A DNA stretch of 60,274 bases, counting the filler, from Sphacelaria rigidula (Eukaryota): the NCBI GenBank assembly GCA_964200075.2. It is 8 parts of 8 records of this genome, joined end to end, with 100 filler letters (N's around TTAATTAATTAA, not from the genome) between each part and the next. Parts side by side here need not be neighbours in the genome. Positions count along the whole stretch, not along the records: positions 22,642 to 30,088 come from CAXNAA020014874.1; positions 30,189 to 37,635 come from CAXNAA020014875.1; 6 more parts are not named here. One strand, 5' to 3'. Below the pieces are notes generated by a model that was not told where the DNA came from, ran no database searches, and saw only the letters and a program-made list of their open reading frames with translations. The translations under genes and the position numbers were made by a program. Positions 25,399-37,635 of the stretch are shown here, in pieces (position 1 is the stretch's first letter; each line of letters begins with the position of its first letter).

Positions 25399-28376
25399 GC
25401 TGTTAAATCGCGTGTCCGTGTCCAAGACTGGTTCTTATGTGGAGATGAAGCAGCCACGAAAAAATGAAACGCGGTTATGCTGTTGAATTTCAAGTATTGT
25501 TTCACGAAATTTCGACACGATGCGCATGAGGTATGTTTTGAACTCCCTATTGTTCCCCCTGAACATTTTCTTTTCTTTTCAATGACTTGTCGACGCTTTT
25601 GCACCATAAAAACTGTTCCGAAATTTAGATCACCATTAACGTACGAGGAAAAAACAAAAAAAAGAGGGGGCAAACAGGAGGGGCTTCACACATACCCCAT
25701 GTATACCGTGTCAAATTTTCATGGAGAACAACTTCAAATTGAGCAATGAAATCGCGTTTTTCTGCCGAGAACCGGTTCACTTGCTTTTAGACTACAATAA
25801 CCTCAGCCGGAACTTTGACGTTTTCTACAAGCGCGATGGCGCGCTGGAGGTCTCGTCTGCGTGCCATCTCAGACACTGCGCGCCTACAGTACGACATGCC
25901 TTGTTGTACAACCACAGCTAGTGCAGCACCATGGCTTTGCGGTCGCGGCACAACTGACTGTAATCGTAAATGCGATTTCAGCCATTTTTTCCTCCTAATT
26001 CCGCCGCACATTCCACCCTCAACTCTCTACACTTCGCAGCTGCCTGCAATTTGGTACTTCGTTTGATGGGGACTTGTCAGATCGCAGTGCTACGTGACGT
26101 GAAAGACGCGCGTTGATTTGCAGATTACCACGATGTGTCATAGTAGGCACAACTCGCGATAGATCATCACTTAGAACCGGCTGAAGGAAAATCCGCTTCT
26201 TAGGCGGCCCAGCCTGTAGACGCCGTGAAAATCCGCACCTCGCTTTTAATGACGCCGGAACTTCGAGGATGTGTTGATTGGTACTACAGCAAGGTGTCGG
26301 AGCCGCAGCCGTGGCTGCACAAGACGCTGCGGGCCCGATCTGCATTGAAACGGTGAATACCATTCTATTCAGATCGATTGTTTTATTACCACCTCCTGTC
26401 TGATGACGAAGAAAATATGTACAGTTTCGGTCAGGCTCGCAGACCGCACGGATCCTTCAGGCGTCATCGTCAATCTTCGCCCAGTGAGGGATGATCGCTC
26501 GCAGAAAACCAGGAAGTAAACAGCATCTAGGGCCCATCATATGTGTGAGGGTTTAGGCTGAACGTTTGCCGGTCCGAGAAGCTTGACACGTCAAGGTTAA
26601 GCCTATCTCACGCAACAGCTTCGTTCTGCCATGGACCCTGCCCCACGTACCCGGCAAGTGGGCAACATCCCCGTACAGACAGTAGCAATGCTAGCGGATA
26701 CAGTCTGGTAGCTGGTAAGGTAGTTATGGTAGTGTCCTTCTAGCGATATGAAGTTACAGTGCACTGTTGCAGAGTTCACAAGTGAATATTTTGGCGATTG
26801 CGTCACCTGCAGTTCGCCCAGATGTAATGGATTTTTCCACGATCTCACCGCGCCAGATTATATTTGAAAATGTATCCCATCCTGCACTATATGTTGAAAT
26901 GTCCCAGACCCTGGAAGAAGATTCTACGGTCAGTACGAACACGGTGTCAAAAGTGTACGGCGCACAGTATAAAATATATTGCTGACTATAATTGGTGTAA
27001 TACTCGTACCTCAAGTCGGTAACTGCAACGCTACACTTCGAGACAACAGTCCGTAAAAATCTCCAGGGTATGAAATTCTACAGGCGCCTTTCGCGCCATA
27101 GCGGCCGTGTTACCATACAGCTTCACCCAAGATACAGGCAGAGCAGAGGCGGCCTTTCACTCCTACGTGCGCGACCTGGGGAAAACGCACGCTGTAACTG
27201 CAACACGGAGAGCTTTACAAAATGTGTCGTAGCGATATGTATGGTGTAGCGAAGGGTGGTATCCCGCGTACACTTTGACCGCAGATACAAGCGGTTGCGT
27301 GCATGATGTGGCGAATTGCATAGGACAGCGCGAAATCAATGCAGCACAGGGATAGGCTAGGGATGCGACGTTCTGTGGTGTGCTTTGGTCACCCTCCACC
27401 CTGCCGCTGTGCAGTGAGCAGGTAGTACCGCCGAAGGTGTAACGCCGCGGTTGGTACGCAGTGTCGAACACACAGCAGCAAACAGCATATTTCATGTACG
27501 ATAGACAAGGATGTGTGTTTCAAGACAAATGCGCACAGGGTGGGACCCGCATCTAGAGAACCCTGCACCAACTCGCCCTGTTCTAGCGGATACAGAAATC
27601 TTTTCAGCAAAAACCGCTTGCGACATTTGCTGTAACGAATCTCATACGTCATGCAGCTTTCTCCGATGTGTGGCATCGCCCGTGAAGCGAGCTATTGAAG
27701 CTAACAGTGCCCGACACTCTTCCCACGACGACCTCCTGTCTGAGCTCGAGATAATTAAAACTGCGGAACATGCCTTCAGATAATAGAACGTACACCTCAT
27801 CGTGATATACCGCCTGCATAACAGTGAAAAGGAATAACACTCAACCGGGGCGACCGGCTAATGCTCTTCGATTACTCAAGTGCCTATGTTAGAGAAGTCA
27901 GGGGTCGAGAACGGGAACGCATGGTATCTTGTCGCCGGATACGGTATTCGAAGGCAGTAAGGCCACTCAGGATGGCGTCGAGGAAACCGGCGTTTAGCGT
28001 CAGCCGCCGATATTGTCCCGAAAGGCGGCTTTGCGCCCAAATGATTGATTCGGGCCGTCAGTACCCTTCTTCCAGAGAACAACCTCCCCCGCCCCCCTCC
28101 CCACACACACATCAACTTTCATGATACTATGAGAGGGGGGACGTGTGACTTTTTCACCCATTAGAAAATATCGAAGGCAGCACTTCTAACAACGCAACTT
28201 CTGGTCGCATGGCCGTTGAATGTATTACAACACATCGGCCGGGGGGGAGGGGGTGTTATACGCCGTCACGCGCAGTAGGATGGGATGCAACTTGCGGTAC
28301 AATACCGAAACTCGAAACTCGCGCGATATGGAGCGATCAAAAGGAGAGTTCCAACCATCCACTGCAATCTTCTCAC

Positions 28377-28797
28377 CTCTACTGCACGCTGATGTCCCAG
28401 GCTCATCATCTCCGCCCAGCGGGCAGTCGCAGAAGTTATCGTTAACCATAACCCAATCCACCATTGAAACACCAATGCCACCGTCGAGGCATGCCAGCTT
28501 GCCTGCAGCCCGCGCTTGCCCGTATCTAGCGGCTTCTCGGCGTCCTACCCCGGCAGTCGGCGCAGTATAATCGTCTTCTGCAGCCGTAGCCCGAATCTTA
28601 TCCATAGCATTCGCCTTTGCGATCGCCGTGTCTTGCTTGGCCGGCCGGTTGCTGTTCCCGAAGCCGAAGAGCGCCGCGGTTTCATTGGGTACAAGAACAA
28701 GTAGCATCGCTGCTGCGCTGAAAAATAATTGTACCTTTGGCGGTAGTGATGGTATGTTTGACCATATCTTCTGTTTGTCATGACGGCGTCTCATCAT
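28377..28797 (-). CDS. First exon of a glucosidase II beta subunit-like (PRKCSH-like) protein
   Basis: Hydrophobic signal-like stretch, then LACLDG...VNDNFCDCPLGGDDEPGTSACS, the PRKCSH-like N-terminal motif; donor AGAG|GTGAG at 28376. Confidence 0.8.
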
Positions 28798-30211
28798 GTG
28801 CTGTCGTTATCACCAAGAGCTCCACTGGATAAGGGAGAACCACGATCGGACGGGGGGAAGGACCGCGAATCGTCCGATCGTGGAATTTATTTGTTTGTTC
28901 TTCTTACGCCCCAATTATACCTTTTCAGACCCGTGATCAACTGACGATCCCCTAAAATACTTCAAGCTGGTCGAGGGGAGGACATCGGACACACGTCTAC
29001 TCTAACGACAACGCAAACGTTTTTGTAGGTGATGAACTAGACGAAGGCAGTGTTTCCGGGTTTGACGAAAAATCACGTTGTCACAGGGCACACAAGGAAT
29101 ATTATGACCAGGGGTATGCGGTACAGTTGATCCAAGGTGTCCCTGGAGTGTGAATCGGAGCAAATACTACGTGCGACCTCGTGCTGTGGCATACGTGGGA
29201 GTAGCAGGAGGAAATCATGGGGCAGAAGGTCGGGAAGGCCGGTTTTGATGAGCGGGCCAAACATTTCGTGAATCGTGAGTACCCATAGCAGTCGCTCACT
29301 TGTTCGATACTTGGATCTTTCCCGTTCCGTCGCGATCTTTCGTGAGTTTCCAGGAGGACAGTACCGTACCGTACGATCATCACCGAAGCCGCTTGAACAT
29401 GCGCTCGGGCGGGTGTACACAATATTTCACTCTTGCTATCTTGACGACCACTACTGCGCAAATATAGCCAGGCGAGATGGGCTACTTGAAAAAATTGTGC
29501 GAGGCCTTTGCAGGGGATGTACCTTTCGCGGTCAGGCACTTACCAGCGTTGTACAATTACTGCAGTATGACAAAGAAGGTGTACAGCAATATTATTAAGA
29601 GGTGTACCACCGACATCATTCAGTACTGGGTAAAGCGCATGATATATTGCGGTTGAGGAACCTCTGTGTGTGGGACATGGTTGAGGTTGGTGGCCACAGT
29701 ACCGATGGTGTGTGTTTCGGTTAGATCGACGTGTCAGAGTTTGGAGGGAGGTGGAACATTGACGTGTTCGTGCCCATTAAAGCGAGTTTTCGTCTGCGAT
29801 TGGTTTTTTTATACCTGGTGTCGAATTGGTGGGGAACTTCACGTGAAGCAAGGTTCAGGATCATTTTGACGGGTCATATTTTTCATCTCATGCATTTTCG
29901 GAAAAATTCGGTCTTTTAGGAGGGGGAAAGGCAGAAAAAAATTCAACCAGGAGTGCCCAACAACAACAAAAAATGCGAGGCACTATGCCGATTTTTTTAA
30001 TCCTAGGTGTTTTCGCGGGGGGGGTGGTGTACTGGGAGGGTGGGGGGGGGCGCGATATGTGGTGCCTGCGGTGCCTAGTGGACCAGTCNNNNNNNNNNNN
30101 NNNNNNNNNNNNNNNNNNNNNNNNNNNNNNNNTTAATTAATTAANNNNNNNNNNNNNNNNNNNNNNNNNNNNNNNNNNNNNNNNNNNNACTACCCCCCCC
30201 CCCTATCGTAG

Positions 30212-31738
30212 GATGACTCAGTGGTAATAAGTATATTTTGTTGTTTACGGATAGATTTAGTCGATATGCGGTGATGAACGCTGTCCCTGCCCGTAGCTAT
30301 AACGCGGGAGGTACTGCCAACATTCTTGTATACATGTACATCCCACAGTGGGGTGTGCCCAAACGCTTACTGTCTGACAACGGCCCGCATTATTCAGGCA
30401 AACTTTCAGCCGCCGTCAGTAACCTTTTGGGTGCCCATCGCATTTTACAATCCACATCACTCCTCCACCGATGGTGGAACGGAACGAGTGAACCATACGA
30501 TGGCACAAATGTTTGCTGCTGTAGTAGATGAGAGACAGATGGACTGGGATCTGCACCTGCCCCTTGTCCAAATGAACTATAACAATTCAGTCAATGCCGC
30601 TACGGAATTGACACCGAATGAAATTCATATTGGTCGCATCCCTAGGTTACCTTTAACGGTATTCGAACGCAAAAATACAGGCGGACATCAGAGTCTGGAT
30701 CGTGATGTTGTAGAGTATCATTTATCGGTTAGCAGTCGTCTTCGTCTTGCATGTGAAGTGGTACGAGAACAGAACCAAATCAATTTGGCCAAGGTGGCCA
30801 GGGCGAACTCGATGTTGGATGATGTGGTACATGACCGCCCGGTGTGGAAGGTAGGCCAATGGGCATGGGTACATAACGATGTGAAGACCATCAATCAAGG
30901 GGCTAGTTCAAAATCATCCTCTTTGGACAAAGTGCTGAAGGCGAAACTATCCCTGAATTCGACTGGTCCTTGAGAAATTTTGGCTGTTGGTCCAAGCGCT
31001 ACCGCACCCGACAAGAGTCCGGTGGGAGCGAAACTTTTGTATTTGCATTTTCCCACGGACGAACCTGGCGTGAAACCGAAAAATCGCGTCTCGATGCTAC
31101 GATGCAAACCGTGTATCCCCCCTCATGACTCCTCGGACATGCCCAAACAACTGCTGCCGGGGCTTAGCCAGTATGTGTTGACCAAGCATGCGATCAAAAC
31201 TCCGCCGTATCATATGACGGTCGAGGATGCGGACGCACCCCTTCAACGCGTTGCGGTAGATAGGATATCGGGCTATCAACCGGTCCGCGGCCGTGGTGGT
31301 GAAATAGAGGTAATGTGTCAATACATTGGAAGGGTATCATGCGTGTTACGGGAGCGTGAAGTTGGCTTGTGTCATTTTCGTTGGGAAATATTGCTGTACT
31401 GGGTAAAAGATGCCGTCCAACACCGTCCGTTGAATGAGAGATATAGGTGTATGCGCAAGGGAGCTGCTGCTCGGGGACTGGCACGTGAGCACTCAGCGCC
31501 GTTTGTCTTTCGCGTTCACAATACATGCAGTATTTTCACGGACAACGTTTGCCGAAGGGGGCGTGTTTTTGGTATAAGGCTTTGGATTTACTGTGGTGGT
31601 TGGGCGTTGATTCATTTGGTCGACCCTGCATCTAGCAACTCCTACTTTGTCCGTTTCCTCGATGACCCGAGCCCCCTCAAGATTCGCTTGGATGATGCCT
31701 ACTACACCAAGGTGCCACCCGCCCGCCGGGGATTCTGA
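30212..31738 (+). mobile_element. Ty3/gypsy integrase remnant with C-terminal extension (frameshifts and stops)
   Basis: GNKYILLFTDRFSR, WGVPKRLLSDNGPHY, DGGTERVNHTMAQM, DWDLHLP..QMNYNNSVNAAT.LTPNEI and a GPF/Y-like STGP*EILAV; frameshift near 30445, stop at 30971. Confidence 0.92.
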
Positions 31739-34700
31739 TGCCTCCAACGACACAACCAAGGCGATCTCGACACAGCCGCTCTACGCAACACGGACACCGC
31801 TTGGGATGCAGAAGACTCAAGATGCATCCGAGTCTGCTTCCCCATTCACCTTGCGTAGTGTACCATGTTTGTGTCGCTTGTCTCGCGCCGTAGCGTCGTT
31901 GGAAAACCATGTGTTCCCCCTCCCCCCTTCATTTTTTTGCCGAACTGCTGTTCCTTGTAGTGGTTGTATTTTATATTTCGCATTTTGTGTTTTTATTCTT
32001 GTGTTTTGCTTGTTTTTGACTTTGCGTCATTTTTTTTTTGGTTTTGTCTTTGATTTTTTCTTCCTTTTCTTTTCTTCTCTTCTCGCGTAGTGTTTTGTTT
32101 TCGATTTTCTTTGTGTTCGATGACTAATTTTCTGGGTTATTCCTGGGCCCATCTGGCAAAGTACAAGTGACGACCGTTCCACCCCTGATCCCGAGTCCGG
32201 AACCTTGACCCTCCGTCCTCCGTGCCGTACATTCACGACCATTCCGTATACTGGAACAGTTGCCACGAATTATTTATTTCTTTATTTTTCTTCGTTGTAC
32301 GTACCTGTCTTGCTTTGTTTATCCTATGGTTCCTTTTTTTTTCTTTTGTGAAGAGTTTCCGGAGCGAGTGCTAGACATACCTGATCCCCACGTCCGGACT
32401 GTTTGCGCTCTTGTTCAATCGCTCCGTACGCGAATACCGCCTCCCTCTTCGGGATCGGTCGTGACGTGTCTCCTTTTGTGTGCGTTCCACGTTGAGGTTT
32501 ATGTGAACATGGGCGATGGTAACCGAAGCCGAGTGTCTGAAATGTTTTGACCTTCTTGGCTGAAACGTTTGACCCTGCTTGCTTCGTACACACGATGACC
32601 GCTCCCGCTGATAAGGACGGTCGCCGCGTGTTGTTTTTCTGCTTCATGTTGCTGATATTTCGTTTTCACTGTTGCCCGGCGTGCCCCTGGTTTTGTATTA
32701 TTTTGGTTTTGGTTTCTGCGTCTATGTCGGGAACTTTGCTGTGAGTGTTCCAACGTTCCTCACCCCCGAGTCTGGAACACTTGACCTACTTTTTTTCTGC
32801 GAGTCCTGCACACGTGTGACCGACCTCGTTTATAGAAGGGTCACGGGTAATGCGACGCAACGGATGATTTATACTCTGGGGATTGGTAAGTTACAACGAG
32901 GTCACCACTGGCCGCGTCCTACGTAGCGGTGTTGAAGAATTGTCATTGAAGTCGCGGTATAATTGGTTGCAAACGTCTCCTCATACAGGACCACTACGTA
33001 TCATGATAGGGTAGATTGCTCTCCCGGAACTGTCCGTTCCGCCATTTCGGTATTCGACCATTGGTACAGCCTACATGCTCAGAGTCCGTCACTTGCTATA
33101 ATTTTTTTCTGTCACTTTTACCAGTTTTTCGCGTACAGTTACCCGCCCAAGAAATCGGTCGGTGGTGTTTTGTTTCTTATCAGGGATTATTGGACGAAGT
33201 AACGTGACGGTACGACCGGCTGTGGGTTTTACTCCAGCTTGTGTTCGGGCCAGTCTTGTTTTAGTCCGAACGGGAAAATACTGTGAGAGGTGGGCTGCGT
33301 TGGTCCTCTCTGTCCCGAGTATTGTCGTGGTTCAGAAATGTGTTGGGCGATCCGCCTCGGAACTACGTACTAGGCCCGAAGGTTGTGTATTGACTCCACT
33401 ACGTTTCTTTTTACGTTAACGGACACCCGATCTCATAAGCCGGCCGGTTGTTTTTGTATATCGTGTGAGAAAAAAATAAGTGCTGTCCGACTGAATCATC
33501 ACCCAGACGTCCCAAGCAAGTCGTTGCTCTGACAAACATGTACCGACAATTAACTCACGTCAAACGGGTTGATTTGTCCGTATCATGCTATTTCGTTTTT
33601 TTTCGGCGTATGGTTTTCGCAAGAAACTACCTTTTTGGAGACAAAATAGGCTGTACGTTGTTGGATTTTGCTGATTGACTGGGACGAGTGATGAGCATGA
33701 ACTTGGTTATGGGAGTGATATAATGCCATGGCGGGCTTGCTTGTTTTTCTACCAATGACCTAAAACAAATCGGACATCCAGAAAAGAGTGAACTACTATA
33801 TTCATGATATAGTTATGGCAGGGTAGGATGATCGTTTCAATGATAGTCTCTGATTTCTTGTGGCTGTCCCGGAAATGCTCACGGCATTCTGAGGACATTG
33901 CGTTTTTTTGGTAAATGGTGTTGATTTTTTATTCTTGCCTTTTTTCCCTTCTTTCCCATGGCTCCGTCTGAAGTGCGAACATGAGGACACTGAATTCTTG
34001 TATCGGTCCAATTTGTTTCTCTCTCTTTGCTTTGTTTTCGTGTATGTGTTTGTATTTTTCTTGTTTCTTTGGGTTGGTCGTACCCTTATCGCTTCCCGTA
34101 TCGAAGAATACTTGATGTTCAAAATGGGTCTCCGTTTCTGTGGTGTGAGAGTGGTGTGTCTCGATGCAAGTTCGTCCCTTCTGAAAAGGAACTGCACTTG
34201 AACGATCCAGGGTGGGCTATTGTAATGGTATATGACCGCGTGCGAGAATTCAACTAGCACATTGGGACATTACGAGCGATCTACAAACGATCGGCGGGTG
34301 TGAAGAGATCCTAGTCGAAAGTGTTCCTTGTGTAAAATAGAAAGTAGACTAATACAGTCCAATCGGCGTTGTTGCTGCCTGATTTTGTATTCGGATTGCT
34401 TGTATCGGACTACATTTGGGGCAAGCACCTGCCAATAAAGGTGATAGGAGGCACGCGCCTCAATGAGTATTATGGCACCTGTATGCGTGGCTAGAGGTTC
34501 CGTGTTGTAAGAATGAAAGGTTCTTGCCCCCCGCGAGTTCACTTGCATCCTTGGACCATCTAGCCATCCGTTGGGTTATGTAGGATTAATACAAGAAGGG
34601 TCATCAGCTATCCTCTGCGCTCCTGGCTACTGACACCCACTTGTCTGCAAGCCGTGACAAGCTAACGTGAGTGAGTCACGTGTAACATAACCCCTCGCTT

Positions 34701-34759
34701 ATAATTGTCTATCAATTGCACGCAAGAGCGTGGGATCTGGTGCGTAGCTCAAAACAGTT

Positions 34760-34973
34760 GACTTATGCGTTGGGAGAGCATCCTCAGATTTGATAATTCA
34801 AGTTGGACACAGGATCAGCTGTCACATCTGTTTCTTGGGGTGCGGCTTGCTTTGCTAGTGCCATACTACTACATTGTATTGAGAGAGAATCTTCAGCTTT
34901 GATATCGCAAGTCACAAGATCAGCTTGTCACATCTCTTCTTTGGGGTGTGGCTTGCTTTGCTAGTGCTATACT
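34760..34973. repeat. Two-copy tandem duplication, period about 106 bp
   Basis: GATCAGCT.GTCACATCT..TCTTGGGGTG.GGCTTGCTTTGCTAGTGC.ATACT at about 34813 and 34918. Confidence 0.7.
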
Positions 34974-35708
34974 GTTACAGTTTGACGCACAAAAATAGTA
35001 CTTTTAGAGAGTAATATGAACAATGCACGGGATGTTGTGTGCGTAAATGGACGAAAACTGTCCGGACGCTGCACATAAAAAAAGCCCCCCGAAACGTTTT
35101 GTCGCCTTCGGCGACAAGGAGGCCGCAGATTTGTTTTCGCCTCCGGCGAAATGCCTGCGGCGCCATTTTTTTCTGAGGCAAGCCGCAGATAAACCCGTTG
35201 GGACTCTGCGCTGCGCACAGATTTTCCGAAATATTTGCGCTGCCGCAGCGCCGCAGGCACTTTGGGACGCCCTGAACCCCACTACTCAACCGTCGGAAGG
35301 TTCCGAGGTTACCAACTGGGCCACCGGGGCGACCGGCACTGTGCTGAAGTATGCTGTGCTGTACGGTACTCTAATGTATCGTATTGTTCGAGTGTTGTGT
35401 CGTGCTGTATCGGCCTCAGAAAGTCTCGTAATAATGTTATTCCGAAAAGAGGCCTGGAAAGCCAGGAGTTGCAACGTGTGGTGCACGAAGTACAACATAC
35501 CTGGTGGTGATGTGGGACTCGTGCATGTCGATACCGCGGATAGAGCCGGCAACCTCATGTTGCGCAAGCATCAGGATTTGTCATCGTCCCATCCAAGCAG
35601 AATCGCCAGCACTCTCTTCCTGCTGAATATTCTGGCACCTACTGTACTCAAATCAGTATACTTTCTGCGCGCGGTTTTTTCTCCCATACTCTATCAGCAC
35701 ACGATCAT

Positions 35709-35918
35709 TATTGTTGTTGTTGTTGTCACACTGAAAACCCCTCCCCTTCCTCGGGATGAGTCCGTGGTCTCAAGAGATCAACTCATCTCTCCTGACGTCC
35801 CCACGCTCTCGACCGTGAAAATCATATTTCCGAGAAAAAAGAAGTAGGGCGGGCGGGAATCGAACCCACGTTTCCATTTCCCTGGCGTTGGCAGTCTTAC
35901 CATTAGACCATTGGGGCA
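35709..35918 (-). mobile_element. tRNA-derived SINE with (ACA)n tail
   Basis: Minus strand has A box TGGTCTAATGG and B box GGTTCGATTCC; body shared with 56430-56732 (TTGAGACCACGGACTCATCC); tail ACAACAACAACA. Confidence 0.8.
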
Positions 35919-36689
35919 CTCTTTCACGCGGAAAAACTAAAACGACTACCCCCGATTGAATTTTTCGATTTTCGGATTGAAATTTTGACACCATAGGAAC
36001 TGCACTCAGGTCTGCCCTTTTTCTAGGATAGCTGATATTCTTGTTTTTCCGCTTACTTGAAGGTATTTCACAATGGCTCGGAAAAGCATATATTTTTCAT
36101 CGCGGGTAAAAACAAAAAGAAAGAAAGCCACCTCAGTCACGCAGTTGGCCTCACTGTTGTTTCTGTGGTGTCAAAATTTCACCCCGAAATTCAAAAATTG
36201 AGTCGAGCGTGACCCGTGGACGGTTGCCACATAGCCTTGGCCGGCCCAGCTCGTAGCGCTTTTTGTTTTTTCGCGGCCCGCCTGGGTTTAGTTCCTCGTG
36301 AAAATGACCACATTGTAGCATGTACAATCCTTCCCGGTTTTTCCGGTCGCCCCTGTGTTAGCGTAATTACTACGTTTTAGTATAAAATTGTGACCGAAAA
36401 AAACGCCGGGAAACTCGGGAACGCTGTACTGAGTGCAAGTAATATCACATAACCAAATTCAGATCGCCCAGCACATGGAAATCTGGGAAGGCTCATCTGG
36501 GCCAGGGATAGGGCCTTCAAACGATGTTTGCAGTGGCATCACACTCGCCAACAATCCCCGCGCTGGTCGTTCGGGTCTGGTCGATAAATTTCGCCTCGCC
36601 GTGATTCGACAGGTCGCTCGAAGACTTATTTTAATTATTTCACTAACACAGGGTTGACCCTGTGTTAGTGGGGGGGTCGGTTTCAAAAG

Positions 36690-37040
36690 GGATAAGGGGA
36701 AGGTGCCCATCTCCTCAAAAGTCTGGGCCAATATTTTCTCGTTGCCTGAACCCCATGTCTAGTAATTCCTAAACCTAACGGAGATAGCGCCAACATTAAA
36801 ATCTATATGAAACCCCCGATCGATGCATTCAAAGGATGGCGACATTTTTTATTGTGTAGGCATTTCCTGGGCACGCGGAAACGATAGATACCCTCTTGTT
36901 CACCTCATTCACAATCTATCTCGAGATATTATGGCGAACATAAGTTTCCATACTAAAATCAAAGTAGTACGAGCAGAGGCACTAGATGAACTAAAATTGG
37001 ATATCGCGTCTCAGTTTTTGAGAGTTATGCTATGAAATTT
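36690..37040 (+). mobile_element. Internal fragment of the non-autonomous DNA transposon family also at 23200-23628 and 57860-58364
   Basis: Shared blocks CTAGTAATTCCTA, TCTATATGAAACCCC, ATCTATCTCGAGATAT, ACGAGCAGAGGCAC and GGATATCGCGTCTCAGTTTTTGAGAGTT. Confidence 0.75.
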
Positions 37041-37194
37041 CGTATGGAGAACCAATGGTGCATCATGAAGCTAAAATAAACAGCTTTTATAGTTAGTTCG
37101 TTTTATTTTATTTTTTCCCGTTTTTACGGCAGTTCTGAGGAGAAGTCTACACTGTTCTTGGGCCTTAGGCCGGGTGCTATGGTACACAGATTTA

Positions 37195-37304
37195 CACGGG
37201 TGGCCACTGGGGTGCCTGTAACCTCAAATTTGCACGTTACAGACCTTGTTCAACGTCTGTCACGTGCAAATTTGAGGTGGCACGCACCCCAGTGGCCAAC
37301 CGTG
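37195..37304. mobile_element. 110-bp palindromic MITE, Tc1/mariner-like (TA flanks)
   Basis: Almost entirely self-complementary: TA|CACGGGTGGCCACTGGGGTGC ... GCACCCCAGTGGCCAACCGTG|TA. Confidence 0.8.
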
Positions 37305-37405
37305 TACTTTTGGAACGTTTGACCCACCTTTTGACCCCCAAACAGGGAAAACCGCCAACACACGTCTCGGACAGTTTGCATCACCTCACAGAGAGGAGCT
37401 TAGTC

Positions 37406-37635
37406 TGCTTTTCAGATTTGCTTGGCTCCGAGGTGTCGAGATTGGCCACTAGACAAAAATTCGTGCGCAACAATGTGTGCTTGCCGACCCGCGCCGGTTT
37501 GCCCAAAGTTTGCCCAAAACGTTTGCCAAAACGTTTGCCCAAACTGGCGGGGGTCGGGAAGCACGCATTTTTGCGCACGAATTTTTGTCTAGTGGCCAAT
37601 CTCGACACCTCGGAGCCAAGCAAATCTGAAAAGCA
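37406..37635. repeat. Long near-perfect inverted repeat running into the scaffold end
   Basis: Arms of about 95 bp, the outer 65 bp or so perfectly complementary; loop made of GTTTGCC(C)AAA repeats. Confidence 0.9.

Noticed and set aside
29029..29656. Plus-strand coding fragments divergent from the PRKCSH-like gene
   Set aside because: Protein-like patches are broken by stops and frameshifts, with no consistent exon model or recognisable family.
35047..35847. 266-aa ORF
   Set aside because: Runs across a GC-rich repeat-like stretch and a SINE tail; not protein-like.
35845..35918. Functional tRNA gene (also 56660-56732)
   Set aside because: A and B boxes are present, but the acceptor and anticodon stems do not pair properly and the sequence continues into a shared SINE body.
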